From: Eledone cirrhosa
Lineage: Eukaryota
Direction: 5' to 3'
Length of the DNA: 64,000 bases
Assembly: GCA_964016885.1 (NCBI GenBank)
Contig: OZ024742.1
Coordinates: 155,062,001-155,126,000, forward strand
Shown here: in pieces, positions 1 through 14,995 of the stretch
Position numbering within the stretch: the first letter of the stretch is position 1
Layout of the letters: each line of letters starts with the position of its first letter
Made by a program: the position numbers and the translations under genes
The notes under the pieces: model-generated
What the model was told of the DNA's origin: nothing
What the model saw: only the letters and a program-made list of their open reading frames with translations
Database searches by the model: none

Positions 1-299
1 TGTGTGTGTATATATATGGATATAAACATTCATTTAAGCTTAAGTAAGAAACATGTATAGTGAATGGATTAAATTTGGGAAAATATAATTCATCTTGCTC
101 TTAATTCTATATATAAACATGCAAATTTAAAAAGAAATTGCTTTAGTTAAATGTAGGTTAATCTCCACGAAAATACAATATCTTTATTCATATTTCCTTA
201 ATAGATCAACAATATAACTGGTTTTGAATTGATTTCTCAATGCAACACGTTACCAGACATTTTGCATGATATAAGCCAATCAATAGAGAGCCTAAATCT

Positions 300-800
300 T
301 CCTGAATGCTTACATGCCCTTCAATGCTTCATCGACCTTCGTCCCTCCGCTCAACCCTTCTCATCTACCTTTATTCGCCTTTTGGAGCTGGTCCCCATAC
401 ACAACTGCTTTTCCTTCTCAAGTAAGTTCTACCAACATGTATCCAGGCTGACTATGGGCACACAAATGGGTCCTAACTACACCAATATATTCGTCGGATA
501 TGCTGAGGCTCAAATCAAACGTGGCCACATGCACGGCCTCCATTCTGCCGTTATATCGACGAGTGTATCGGCGCTACTTCACTCACCCGCGAACGGCTTG
601 ACTCATTTCTGTCTTTCGTATGCCTCTTCCACGCTCTCTTGAAATCACCATTTCCATCTCAACCACCTCCGTCCAGATTGACCCCTTACCATATTTACCG
701 GTGCCATTGACCCCTTACCCTAGTTCCTTCATCACCTCCACCTTCTTCAAATCCACATTCTCCCATTCCCTCCTCGTACATGGACACACTAACACGACCA
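300..800 (+). mobile_element. Degenerate Penelope-like element reverse transcriptase fragment
   Basis: ORF 229..642 contains LLELVPIHNCFSFSSKFYQHVSRLTMGTQMGPNYTNIFVG, which matches the PLE RT N-x-F-x-F...Y-x-Q..G..MG...P..AN motif. A frameshifted RYIDE (YxDD-like) follows near 549-563. Confidence 0.75.
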
Positions 801-1279
801 TAGACAAATATAAACATTTCATTGTCCCTAACGCTACTAATCAAATAACTAATCATACTAACGCACCTACCTGTATTACACGACCAACTCAAACATTGAC
901 ACTACACTTATTTACCATAACTTGCACGATAGAAATTACTATGCTTCCCAGCAGTATAATAAATTGTATACATTACATAGTTTCTCTTTTCAGATTTAAC
1001 ATATTTACAGATAAAAATCATCACTGTAATAACCCAAGCATAGAATGAATAGTGTGCTAATAAATGTTCATAGTAAAACATCAAAGGGTTCTACATAAAC
1101 GGTGAAGTTTGTCTTTCTGCCTCGACACGTATGATGGTTTATGTTTCGGAAATGTATTAAGCATTCGGATCTATACACTTGACAAACCTTTATTTCCTTT
1201 TCAACCCCAAACCCGAATAATTGTTTAATGACTTTTAACGAATTTCAGTTTATTAATAGTGTGTATTATTTGCTTTTTA

Positions 1280-1600
1280 GGGTGGTGGATTGGCAGTATC
1301 GGTAGAGGGTCGGACGCCATGCTTTCCAGCATAGTTACGTCCCTTTACGATCTGAGTTCAAATCCCGCCGAGGTTGACTTTGCCTTTCATCCTTACGGGG
1401 TCGATAAAATAAAGTACCAGTAATGCACTGGATAATTGCTGGCCTTGTGCCTAAAGTAGAAACAATTATTTGCTTTTTCTGAGTTCAAATCCCGCCGAGG
1501 TTAACTTTGCCTTTCATCCTTACAGGGTCGATAAAATAGAGTACCAGTAATGCACTGGGTATTTGCTGGCCTTGTGACAAAAGTAGAAACAATTATTTGC
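1280..1600 (+). mobile_element. tRNA-derived SINE (main family), full copy followed by a tandem 3'-part duplicate
   Basis: A-box-like TGGCAGTATCGG, B-box GAGTTCAAATCC, central GCCTTTCATCCTTACGGGGTCGATAAAATAAAGTACCAG, end GGCCTTGTGCCTAAAGTAGAAACAATTATT. Positions 1478-1600 repeat the sequence from the B box onward. Confidence 0.9.
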
Positions 1601-2272
1601 TTTACATATAAACTATGTTATCTTGTAGCAATTTCCAAAGATATATTTGGTGCAATGATGTCTACATGGGGTTATGAGACAAGCAATTGTATGTTGCTTT
1701 CATTAGCAATAAAGATATTCTTGAAATGTGCCTTCTTAAAATATAATTGGATATAATTTGATTGTCATTTGTGTCATTGAATTTCAATTTCATTAGAATT
1801 CTATGTTATATTTCTTGAGTTAATTTAGTGATTGTGCCACGAACCCTTTCATACCCCTAAATATTACATCCTTTATTAATTCATTATGTCACTCATTCAA
1901 TCACTGAAGTACATAACACTTTAATATTCCCAAATCTTTTCTTTCGCATCTTTGAAATAATACAATTCATCCATTTCTGCTTTATATATATCTAAACAGA
2001 AATTGTATATTAAAAGATATCCATAATATTACATATGGACTAGTTATAAAGATTGCTTGCTTACAACTGAATACCTTTCATGAACTAAATCGATGTGATC
2101 CAAAGATCAGTTCCTGTCTTATGTTATACATAATTAAAACCATTGTATCTTGACAGTTCGAACTTTCTAACTTCATAGACGTCTTTAAATTTAATCAAAA
2201 CAAATTATCATGATATGAGTATCCAGTAGCTGTGATTGTTTACGCTCAGACACATGCAGACACACACACTCT

Positions 2273-2317
<45 letters not shown>

Positions 2318-2334
2318 GCACACGCACACCCACG

Positions 2335-2400
<66 letters not shown>

Positions 2401-2730
2401 TAGGATGCATTACTAAAATATATTCAAAGATGAATATCAATACTCACGTGAAATTTCCCTTAGTGAAGTTTCAAAACGTAAGTCCGATGTCAATTATCTT
2501 AAGTAACCAAGGCTATAAGTTTCGGGGTAAGATGCTTATGACGCTAGAGATTTACTCGCAATAAGAAAAAAAATCAAGCTTTTCCTGATGAAAATCGCTG
2601 CTTAGTGGACAGGAATGTAAAAGGTACAAATGAACAAATGACAGGATTGAAGGAGTGCTAGAAAGAGTTCACCAAATACTCTGTTAGTTTTACTCAATCC
2701 CAATAGAGTATAATATAACGACCCCCCCCC

Positions 2731-2802
<72 letters not shown>

Positions 2803-2811
2803 TATATACAC

Positions 2812-2916
<105 letters not shown>

Positions 2917-3188
2917 ATATATACATATCTAAGTACGTATTTTTACTTCCACGATAATATTACACATCTCGCAGATATGACGAAAGAGAAAGTAATATTC
3001 GTTTCCCATAGCGTATATATATATAGAAAGAGGATATGGTCCGAAATAAATAGACGTGTCCGAGGAACCTGCGAGTCCAGAGTAAGGTAGATCCACACAC
3101 AGATCGCACCTCAAGCTGTTTGCCGGGGAAACAATTGTAACACACAATAAATTGAGTTCCGATGCACCACTGAATTTTCGTTTTCCAG

Positions 3189-3232
<44 letters not shown>

Positions 3233-3262
3233 TCTCTCTCTCACACACTATCTCTCTCTCTC

Positions 3263-3409
<147 letters not shown>

Positions 3410-3421
3410 ATATATATATAT

Positions 3422-3930
3422 TGTCCGGGTCGGGTCACTCTTGAGTGCTACTGGTAACATGTAACCGAGTACAATCTGTCGCATGTTCGAGTAGTCGGCG
3501 ATTAACCCGGCAACCCCACCGAGTTTACTTGGTGAGGAGGGGGATTTTCGTCATCCTGCAGGACAAACAAACACAACCTGACTTATAAGAGTCAACGGCC
3601 ATCCAATAATGTGTAAATATGTATATATGTATATGTTTATACATATATGTATGTATATGCGCGGGACATAGGAATAGTCGTGATGGATACCTGATCGCGC
3701 GCTTAAACCACTAGGAGTGAAGGACCCCTGACCTTTGTCAAGGCATTATTCTAGGAGAAGGTAACCCAGGAAACTGGGATAACTGTGACATAAAACCTGC
3801 GGCTCAGTGGGTACTGAGGATGTTGATCTGTTCTTCTTTTCTGGCTATAGCTACTGTCACCCAGAGAGTGGGATTGGCTCACTGCACAGTCTTTCCACAC
3901 TTTAAACAAATATTCACGCATTGCACGATA
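3422..3930 (+). mobile_element. RTE-clade 5' UTR-like segment next to (TA)n
   Basis: Shares GGCAACCCCACC..GGTGAGGAGGG..CATCCTGCAGGAC and TTTGTCAAGGCA..TTCTAGGAGAAG with 25170-25368 and 27720-27790. CTAGGAGAAGG(A)AAC is a motif I recall from RTE 5' UTRs. Confidence 0.6.
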
Positions 3931-5333
3931 GCATAACTATTAATAATGCTATATCGTGCAAGGGACAGCACTCGTTGGCTCAACTATACCAGAACTATTA
4001 CTTTTACTTGGCTTATTGATTACTCATAGAAATGACACGAAATTACCTCGCAAAAATTGGAATTAACAACAGTATAACTGAATAGAGTCTGTCTGGTATT
4101 ATACCATTATATTTATCTCCAGCTAGATTAATCAATAATGATAATTTTGAAATGAATATTACCTTTCAATGAGTCTATAATTATGTGTCTGCTATTTAGA
4201 TTATGACATATTTATGTGAATGAATATTTGAAACCCTCCATTTATATAAACACCATGTCTAACGTTAGCCCTTCAAAAATATTTTAAGAAACATTTGCAA
4301 TTATTCATATATTTTTCCTTCTTAACGTTTGAATAAACGACAATATGGCAATTGCTGATTCTTACTTTCTAGATTAATATAAAATAAAGCACATTCGTTT
4401 TTAAGATAACATTGTAGCTAAAGACGCTGTAGTTGCACACTTTTTCACACTTCGATTCTTAACTTACATCATTTGAACTTATTTCAATTCAATTCCTTTT
4501 CATATTCACACACATTATTTGCTTTCGAGGATTATGTTGACTACTAAGAATCAACGATTGGAAAGCAGTAGTTAAATATGGTTTGGATTCTTCTACATTT
4601 AGAAGATATATAATGAAATACTTTTGTCACGTCATCTTATAATTTTCATACACTATATTTAAGATTGTAAATTTCGTTTCATTATTCACAACTGACAAGG
4701 TCTCATATTTAATGGGAAGGCATGTTCCGAAATGCCAGTGTTATATAAAACCAGAGAAGTTTCCAAGTTAAACGTCATGTATTATAACACTAATGTGTTT
4801 AGAGACAATATTTCTGTAAATGTCCCACATATATCACTATATCATTGATGATATATATTCATAGAAATTGGAATAGGCAAGACACCAAAAGTAAAATCTA
4901 ATATATGGAAGTGAGACAAGCACGAAAATAAATAACTATTAGTGCAGAAGGTTGCAAGAATAACGTCGAATGCATTATTTATTGAGATTCCTGGTTTTCA
5001 GACAGTTCTAAATGTTAATTATGTGAAGGAAGGAATATCGTACATTTGGATACATAAATGGGAATGATCGTGGGAAAACTGTCCAATACATAATTTTCAA
5101 CTGCAACATTTGCTTGGTTTTTGCACATCATTCAAATGTTAGTAATAACTGGTTTGTTGCAGAACAAAATATGCCCTGTCAAGTTTATAACATTCTCAGT
5201 CACGAAGACGGTGAAACGTTATTCGTCATTTAAAAGTATTAGAGATGATTTACTCACTGAAAGAAACAGGTATATACAAACATAGACAAACACACACCCA
5301 CTACCTTCCTCCCTCACACGTACATACACACCC

Positions 5334-5416
<83 letters not shown>

Positions 5417-6176
5417 GTGTATATATAAATACACACACACACACATGCATGCACACACACACGAATAAACACCTACACACACATATATAGGCTAAATCTG
5501 TCAAGTTGTTTGCATTAAAAGCTTCTAAGAATCTATTCTTTTATCATTTTCTCAATCCCTTTATAATTTTCTCTTGATATACATTATCTTATTTACCTTG
5601 GTTTCTTCATTGTGAATTACATTTATTAAAGCCTGGTTGTTAGAATCCATTTCTTTGTTTCCTGTAATTTATATAGACCCCACATATAATTCTTCTGAAT
5701 GAAACTAGCTTTTATATAAGGGTTTTATTTGTTATGTATGCTTATACATGCGTAATTTGAAAGCTTATATATATTATCGATACGATCCAACGCTTATTTT
5801 CTTTAGAGACACACGCCAGATGTTGATATCGTCAAGTCCACAGTGTCGCCATTAACGAAATATGTTATATATCATATACAAACTGTATGCAATAGATTAC
5901 ATAGACATTTTATTCGATTCGTTCAATTGTTATATCTACTTGATTCTAAAAAGACCAAAACGTTTAATTTGCGCTTGCACAGGAGTTTATGTGGGTATGC
6001 ATATAAATTTATATATATATATATCGCCAGTATTTTGATAATTTGACTGGTATGAGCAATGTTTAAAATCGAGTGTCACACCATCATTCCAGAGAGAGGG
6101 TTTTAGACGCATCCAACTATATACTAGACAATGAAACATGTTAATACTTCGAATAAACCATACGTGGTAGTTTAAT

Positions 6177-6200
6177 CGTGTTATTCTTCATTGCTTCATT

Positions 6201-6243
<43 letters not shown>

Positions 6244-6376
6244 ATCAAATGATGGTTAAAAGAGTTCCATGTTTTGATCTTATATATTATGTATACTCCA
6301 GTCCTACAAACTGTAGAGTGCTTCTTATCCGATATCTGCATTGCTTTATTGTACTACAATAAAACTCACCTCCTAC

Positions 6377-6419
<43 letters not shown>

Positions 6420-6443
6420 AATGAAGCAATGAAGAATAACACG
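6177..6443. repeat. Inverted repeat pair (about 35 bp arms) around a microsatellite-flanked spacer
   Basis: CGTGTTATTCTTCATTGCTTCATTATACATACA at 6177 is the reverse complement of TGTATGTATAATGAAGCAATGAAGAATAACACG at 6411-6443. Confidence 0.8.
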
Positions 6444-6452
6444 GGTTAGCTA

Positions 6453-6587
<135 letters not shown>

Positions 6588-7003
6588 TTGTGTAGGCAGG
6601 TACATGACGAATGTATAATGGTTTCTGATGTTTCAGCTAGATTTGATGCATTAAAATGCCTAAGCAAATATTTCCCCTCTGTGTACGGTGTTCAGAAACA
6701 GATAGATATACTAATCCCCCATAGTTTCAACATTATCTACCGCTTGCTCATATATACTTGACTCATTTTCTTATAGCCAAATGTGAATAGAAGCGTGCCG
6801 TATATATACATTTAATAGACACGAATAAAATTAAATAATTCGCAAAGGATTGGAGCATGCATTGGGGACATATCATTATTGCATATATACATTCGTACAT
6901 TAAGCTTACACGCCGTTTTCTATCTATTTATTTTCCTTTCCTTGTACTCTCACCGCCCCCCTCTCTCACACACATTTGTATTTATACAAACACATATACA
7001 CCC

Positions 7004-7109
<106 letters not shown>

Positions 7110-7526
7110 GCAGATGTTATATTTAATTTGTTGGCATTCAATAAGCTTAAACATGTTTACAACTGGTATAAAGCACTCAACTGATATGTAGAGTAAATGT
7201 AGAATATATTAATAAATGGAAACTATATTTATAAAACCATAATTATTTTATATATTTTAAGGGCAACCAAGGTACATTATGGTGCGCTTTCATCAGATAA
7301 AATCCATATTTGTTTTATAAATAAATATTGACATACCCGTAAAAAAGACAACCTCAGCAAATTTCAACCGTTGAGGTTGTCTTTTTTCTGGGTATCTCAA
7401 TATTTATTTATAAAACAAATCTGTATTTTATCTGATGAAAGCGCACCGTAATGTACCTCGGTTGCCCTTGAAATATATAAACTAATTATGGTTTTATAAA
7501 TATAGTTTCCATTTATTAATATATTG

Positions 7527-7528
<2 letters not shown>
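7110..7528. mobile_element. Palindromic PLE pseudo-LTR-type insert (family C) with hammerhead motif, flanked by (TA)n
   Basis: Arms about 7203-7356 and 7371-7526 are reverse complements. CTGATGA (7432)...GAAA(7470)TATATA on +, mirrored on -. An extra tail is present only on the left. Confidence 0.75.
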
Positions 7529-7581
<53 letters not shown>

Positions 7582-8655
7582 CCCCAGCATGGCCTCAGCC
7601 AGATGGCTGGAACAGGCAAAATAGTAAAAGAATATATATATATATGGATTTTGTGTATGAACATAAATATGTGCATAGGTATACAATACTTCCATTTCGC
7701 TTCCTAACAATATTTTATTTCTCCTTATATGATATCCCTTACATTTATTCAATATCAACTACGATGCCAGAATTTAAAAAACAAGATTCATGATATTGGA
7801 AGGATAGATGGCTGGTCCTAGGATTTATGTGAGTAAACTAAAAACAGAAAAAGAGTGTCTCATATGTTATTGTATATCTAGACACCTTGACGAAATGCTT
7901 TCAATACTGTGGGAAAATTCAAATGACCAGGTGTTTAACCGGGTGGATGATGAGATCTAGCAATGATTTCTGCAGAAATTGAGATTCATGCGAAACAAGC
8001 TCCTATAACATGTATATTTTGCAAAAAGATATGATATGTTGCCTTGTGAGCTAGCCGTCAATATTTGCTGTGTTCACACAACATATTTACATACTTATTT
8101 GAAGATAAAAATATTCAACGTAAAGCCTATAATTTTTATAGATTTTATTTTTGCGTCTAAATTGGCTTCAATTTAGGAAAAAATTACAAAATCTATCTTG
8201 CCAGATTCCCTTGTTAAAATGTAATATATCATTTACTTTTTCTTAGCAGTTATATAAAATATTCCAGTTGGCATTTGCTTAAGGTCAATTTATAAAGTTA
8301 AAAACATTATTTATGTAAAAAAATTGACTTGGGCAAAAATTGTGTCGACTCAAAACGTTTTATTTGAAGAAAAGCATATTGGCAAATATTTAGATAGTTA
8401 TATTAAGTAACGTTAATTTTTCATTTTATTTCTCTTAGAGATATTGTGCCACCTATTAATTGGTTTGTATTCAACGAAAAACAGTATATTTGTTGAAAAG
8501 ATGCACCTGAAACACATACTTAATGGGACGTATGACGGATAAAGAAACAAAATATTTATATATGCGATTATTCATGAATAGTTATATTGCATAAGAAATG
8601 TCAATTAAATTGACTAGAATGAAGTATGCAAGTATGCAATACTGCTTCCCACTCA

Positions 8656-8702
<47 letters not shown>

Positions 8703-8705
8703 ATA

Positions 8706-8793
<88 letters not shown>

Positions 8794-8794
8794 C

Positions 8795-8834
<40 letters not shown>

Positions 8835-8846
8835 GGAGAGAGAGAG

Positions 8847-8881
<35 letters not shown>

Positions 8882-10064
8882 TAGATATGTCTATGAGTAT
8901 ATGTGTGTGTGTGTGTGAATGTATGTAAGTATGCACGTACAAATGTACATAACCAAATGAATTTTTTTTACTAATTTAAGATTTTGAATCAAAGGACTGG
9001 TTCAGATTTCAGTGGTTCACTGAACCAGATCAACCCAATAATATGGGGTTAAAATATATAACATAAAAAAGGCATATCGTAAACATTAACACACGGAAGA
9101 AATCAGAGGGTAACTAGAGGCGTAGACGCCCCCATACACAGCACTCACACACATGTATTTACGCAAAAGTACGCACATACATGAGCACTCACACACACAA
9201 ACACACACACACATATATATAAAGAAAGAGAGATAGAGAGGGAGGGAGTCAGAGAGAGAAAGAGAAAGATAGAGAGAGTGTAAGAGAGAGAGAGAGAGAT
9301 AGAGAGATAAATAGATAGATAGATAGAGAGAGAGTTTCTGCACATATCTCTCTAGAAAATATTATTCGAGAAATGGGTCAAGAGAGTAGGAAAGAATTCG
9401 CACCTATATGGTTGCGAAGTGAAAGTTTTAACAATATAGATAAAATATCTATATTGACCAAATTGAATATGCATGAGGTAGATAAATATACAGAGAATCC
9501 GGAGCAGAATATAAGAGGAACAACCACAGTAAGAATGTAGAAGAATGAGTGACTGTCTCTAGTGGAAATAATGTTCAGATAGCAACTATAGCGTGTCTTC
9601 TCTCCTTACACTCTGACTTTACTATATGTCTGACTTCTACTATTTCTATAACTTTATGCGTATTCTTTGTTCATAATCCATGTAAGAAGTAAAATATAAA
9701 AGTAAGACAATGGAAAGAAAGAGAGAAAAAAGAAGAACCAAATTCTAACATATAAATTTCGTAGATGTAGTACTTCGTACCGGAGGATGCATTTCGTAGT
9801 TGAGTGAAGCGCTTTGATCAAAAGTATATTTCTATTACATTTATTTCTTTTGATAGTGAAACAGAATCAGTTTTGCCCTAAATATGGAACTGGCGTATTG
9901 ATCTTTTATCAAATTAAATCTTGTTTGTAACGTTCATAAACACAACTGCAATGCTTATTCACAGTGATTCACATACATACATAAACACAGTTACACACAC
10001 ACACACATATATCGTATTCTCTATATGTGTATTACTATCCTCTATCTCTTTTTCTCTCTCTATC

Positions 10065-10180
<116 letters not shown>

Positions 10181-10260
10181 CATACATGTATATATATATA
10201 TATATATACACATATATATATATATACATACATATATATATATATACATATACATATAAA

Positions 10261-10359
<99 letters not shown>

Positions 10360-10376
10360 CAATCTCACTCACTCTC

Positions 10377-10413
<37 letters not shown>

Positions 10414-10837
10414 ACATGCATACACAATTGCTTGCATACATACATGTGCAATTTATATTACGTGATTTCAGAATCTCGTCTTTCTTTTATAGTTTGCAAT
10501 GATAAACATCCATCTTAACACGAAAGAACGGAAACAAAGAAATACAAAAATAATGCAGAATAAAAAAATATATATAAGTACTAGATTGCCACTAGTTGCA
10601 ATCAATGGTCTTATTATTGTCCGGATTGTTTTCAGCCTACAGGATAACTAGAGAATTTATTCCATGAGACTATACATTGATATATTGATTTACATTCAGA
10701 GTGACATTTTATTTCATCCTTGCTATATCTGTCGAAGGTATTCCAGAGTGACAGTCAGATGCAATTAAAATAATATGAAACTTCTATACCTCAAAGGAAA
10801 CGTATTGCTCATTATCTATCGATATCTTTGCAGATTG

Positions 10838-12430
10838 TACACACGCACCAGTTGCTTTCACTTCAATTTATTATAAATTAAATTTATAAATTTAGGAATT
10901 TATAAATTTCCGGTTGGTTGGTTGGTTGGTTGGTTCCACAACCAGATGATTGTTCATATATTGTCAAAGTTCTTTCGTCACACATTCTCTGACCTCTTCA
11001 GTGACTGGGGATTATTTTCTTTCTTTTTGTGCCTCTCCTTTTTTCTGTCCTACGCCATCTGGTTTTTGTGTGTGTTGTGTGCTTAGTTTACGCATATGTT
11101 AAAACCTGGTTTTCAGTGTGTGTTTTTATTTTGCCCTTAATTGTAAGTTTTCCTGTTGCTGTTCCATTCATGTTTTATATTTAATTTTGGTTGGAGTTCA
11201 TTAATGTTTATTGCCTCTGTGATTTGTCTAAACATTGCGTCTTTTCTGTGTGTAGATTCTATTTTTATTTCTATGTTCTCTAATTTAAAGACTTAAACTT
11301 AAACTTAAAGAACAATTAGAAGACAGCAACCTCTCAACCCTGATAATATACTTCCGCTACGTAGGTGATATAAACATCGTAGTAATAACACCCCACTAGA
11401 GAACAGTCAGGAATTAGAGAAAAACACCATGGAAAGCATCCAGCAAATAGCTAACTCCATCTACCAGAGTATTAGAGTTACTATAGACTACACAAGCAAC
11501 CACCCCAACCATCGATTACCTGTACTAGACACAGAGCTCTGGTTAGATACCATTAACAACAAAAAACAAATCCTCCATGCCCATTATGCCAAACCCATGA
11601 CTTCCAAATATCTGATCCACCAAAACTCAGCTGTTTCGGACCACACCAAGTTCAACATACTGGTTGCGGATTTGGTACAGGTGATGAGAAACGTGTCCCG
11701 CATGTGCAACCCCAAATAACTAGAGAGACACATACAACACTTCATCCACCGTATGCACTTCTCTAGTTACAATCAGAGAGATAAAATCAGCGTATATAGA
11801 GGAGCCAGAACCAAATGGAAAAAATGGTAAATAATGATACAAATGGGACCTGCCCCTTGTATAGGAGAAAAGTTTGGAATAGAATAGAAAGAACTAGGAA
11901 TAAGGTTAATAGAATAAACTCATGGTATGATAGCAATAAATACCAGAGTGTAATGTTCATCGATATAACCCCTAGAGTTACACATTTAGAAGGCCCTAGA
12001 TAAACATAAACACAATAGTAAGATAGTAGAAAGACCAGGTACCTCCATAAATACATTATTAGCAATACATACCCTTTTCAAAGACCTCCCTGTATAGATA
12101 AGATATGTATAATCTGTAAACTAAGCCCCGATAATAACTGTAAAACTAGAAATGTAGTTTATAGCATAAGATGTACTGAAGGACAATGTGGAGATGTGTG
12201 ACGAAAGAACTTAGACAATATATGAACGATCATCTGGTTGTGGAACCCACCAACCAACCGGAAATTTATAAATTCCTAAATTTATGAATTTAATTTATAA
12301 TAAATTGAAGTGAGGGCAACTAGTGCGTGTGTTTCTTATTGGCAACATGACCCTCCCAAAATATAACAATATCGGTTTCAACATACGTTTTCAGATAAAG
12401 AATCTTGCTAAACAAATTCAGAAACGATAT
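10838..12430 (+). mobile_element. Truncated Penelope-like element (family B; Neptune/Naiad-like) with inverted 5' pLTR
   Basis: Broken ORF about 11340-12195: FRYVGDINIV (YxDD-like), LPVLDTELW, HYAKPMTSKYLIHQNSA, and NCKTRNVVYSIRCTEGQC (start of GIY-YIG). 10838-10985 is the reverse complement of 12195-12330. Minimal hammerhead on - at 10963-11006. Confidence 0.85.
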
Positions 12431-12431
12431 A

Positions 12432-12472
<41 letters not shown>

Positions 12473-12788
12473 GTGGATATGCGTCTACAGATCTATGTGT
12501 ATTTATCTCTGTATTAGTTTGTGTATGTGCTTACACGTATGCAGGGATAGTGGTATTATTCTATGTTTCGCATATTTTTTTTTGTTTTATGCGCAATATC
12601 ACATGTTATCAGTGCGATTTCAAAATAATGCCCTGTCGAATATTGAATTGTATATACAGTATATATATCTATATAGAGAGACATATAAGTATATATACAA
12701 ATATATATATATATATAAAATATAAATATGTGTGTGTGTGTGTGTGTTACACGTCTATACATATATAGTAATAATAATAATAATAATA

Positions 12789-12960
12789 AGAAGAAAATTG
12801 GCCTCGGCACGCTTTTTGGAAAGCTTCAAAAGGCATGCTTGCTGGGAACAGCAAGAACCCTCCGATACGTCCTGAATATCTGAGGCTGCAGGTAGTGGTT
12901 TGATATTCATTTCAATAAACTTTCCAGTTAACTAACATCAATGACTGAGACTCAAAGAAC

Positions 12961-12962
<2 letters not shown>
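12789..12962 (+). mobile_element. 3' terminal fragment of R4/Dong-type LINE within (TAA)n
   Basis: Encodes LQKACLLGTARTLRYVLNI* plus a 3' UTR homologous to 43053-43225 (-). (TAA)n on both sides. Confidence 0.85.
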
Positions 12963-13011
<49 letters not shown>

Positions 13012-13012
<1 letters not shown>

Positions 13013-13218
13013 GTGAAGACTAAAATTCAAAGAGGGATCGATAAGGATAAATATATATCAAATATATAAGAAGCATATATAGAGCAAATATTTATCAAAA
13101 TAACAGATTAAAGTTTAAGCAAAGACTCGCTGCTTTCACCCCTATCAGGATATTCTGAGAATGACTTTCAGAAGATCCCGTTAAGTGTGATAGCAGCGAC
13201 GCTTTGTTTAATCTGGTA

Positions 13219-13225
<7 letters not shown>
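13012..13225. mobile_element. Palindromic PLE pLTR insert (family A)
   Basis: Tail GAAGACTAAAAT..GATAAGG..AGAGCAAATAT plus inverted arms centred near 13162. TTTCAGAAGATCCCGTTAAG core as in the other family A copies. Confidence 0.8.
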
Positions 13226-13255
<30 letters not shown>

Positions 13256-13385
13256 GTGTGTGTCTGTGTGTGTGTATGTATGTGTATCAAAGTATCAAAT
13301 TACATATGTGTAACATTATCACGTATACGTTTAATTATGTATGATCTTTCGATTATATTAATCCACTATTTGTTGATAATTATAT

Positions 13386-13418
13386 GTTTACACTTTTTTT
13401 ATTTCTTTGCAGGTAAGT
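13386..13418 (+). promoter_or_regulatory. Candidate recursive splice site (3' splice site immediately followed by 5' splice site)
   Basis: GTTTACACTTTTTTTATTTCTTTGCAG|GTAAGT: long pyrimidine tract, then CAG, then a perfect GTAAGT. Confidence 0.45.
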
Positions 13419-14685
13419 AATCATGAAAATAATCTTCAGATATATTCGGGAAATCTAATATAAACAGACTTATTTAACATTTTACATGTGAATTAAACAG
13501 TAAGTAGATTTATCTTTAACATAAATTCGTATATATCTACACATAAAATGGATACCTATTTCTGACGATACTTTCAAATTAGGGTATCTTTCGAAACATT
13601 ATATTTTTCCATCGAATTATAATTGATGCTCAAAACCCCACATGCTATGATTGATGTAACGCCATTTCGATATATGTTTTTCAAAGCGAATAACACCAAG
13701 TTTTACATGAATACCGACGCCTTTAACTATGTATATATCAAGCACCACACTCAGACAGTTTCATCAGGAAGCCATAAGTTTAGTTATTGTTTTTAAATAA
13801 TTGCATTGCTATAATTTACTATCAAGCAATTGAGCATATATATATATTCTCTTCGTAGTAAAATCTGCAAGAGAGTTCTAGAGGAATATGTGTTTATTTT
13901 ACATGTGTTACATCTAAGACATCATTCTCGAAAATATGACAGCTTAGCAAATACTATGAGAATTTGGGCTGACAATCTTTATGATTCTAATATTGCTATT
14001 TTGTCGAATGTATATATTCCTACGGTTAAATGTAATTTGTCAATACTCTGACATAAATTGTTGGGCATCATCGTAATTAAGACAATTATGTATGACATAA
14101 CATTTCTAATTCCACTGATATGTTGGTATATTTCCTCAACTCAGAACATTTTAAGAATTCTCTATTGCTAAGTTAATGACTATTTTTCACTGTAAAAAAA
14201 TACTTGCCTTCATGCTTCCACCTGAAAGTTAATTCCCAATCAATACATATCTGCCGCTACCTTGAATGTTTTTTTCTATAATGATAGCTAAATCTGTTTC
14301 AGGTTTCAGATTTAGCGATATACAGTGGAGTTTATTTGGTTTAAGATGAAACAGATGTTTTCATGTGTGCCACCATGAGCTTCATTTATCGTAAAGACAA
14401 ATAAAGCAAAATTCATTTATTTTTCATATATGAAATTTTTAGGATGAAGGCATCTGTGTGCTGGTTGCGGCCGAAAGTTGTGAGGTCAGAATATTTTCAT
14501 TTAGGCCGAAGCTCTGGTCAACTTCATTAATTAGCTATTGATGAAAGTGATGAGAGTGGAATAAAACGTGTTATAATGCTCTTTAATGCATTTATGACAA
14601 GCGGTTCAAACCTCAGAAATTGGGTATGGTTAAATGGGCCTCGTTCCATATTGGAAATCTTAAACAATTTATTGTTGTTATTCGG

Positions 14686-14752
<67 letters not shown>

Positions 14753-14869
14753 GCTGCTGGTGTTTCTCCTCCTCCTCCTACTACTACTACTACAACTACT
14801 ACTACTACTACTACAACTGCTGCTGCCGCCACCGGTGGTTACTCCTAATTGAACCCTGGATATATATAC

Positions 14870-14928
<59 letters not shown>

Positions 14929-14995
14929 CAGGTGGGTTCAAATAGTAGAGTACATACAATGTTTAATATAGTAATGGCTTCTACCGGACTAGAAC

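Noticed and set aside
1285-1370. tRNA gene-like A and B boxes
   Set aside because: They are the head of a multicopy SINE and give no cloverleaf.
7203-7528. Palindromes read as MITEs
   Set aside because: Arms are asymmetric, centres vary between copies, hammerhead motifs are present, and sister families link to PLE ORFs. A PLE origin fits better.
14443-14485. LIM-like peptide HLCAGCGRK after an acceptor-like TTTTTAG
   Set aside because: In-frame TGA immediately before and after it, and it is too short. Likely chance.
14527-14848. Poly-Thr, poly-Val or mucin-like ORFs
   Set aside because: Translations of a (TAC)n microsatellite.
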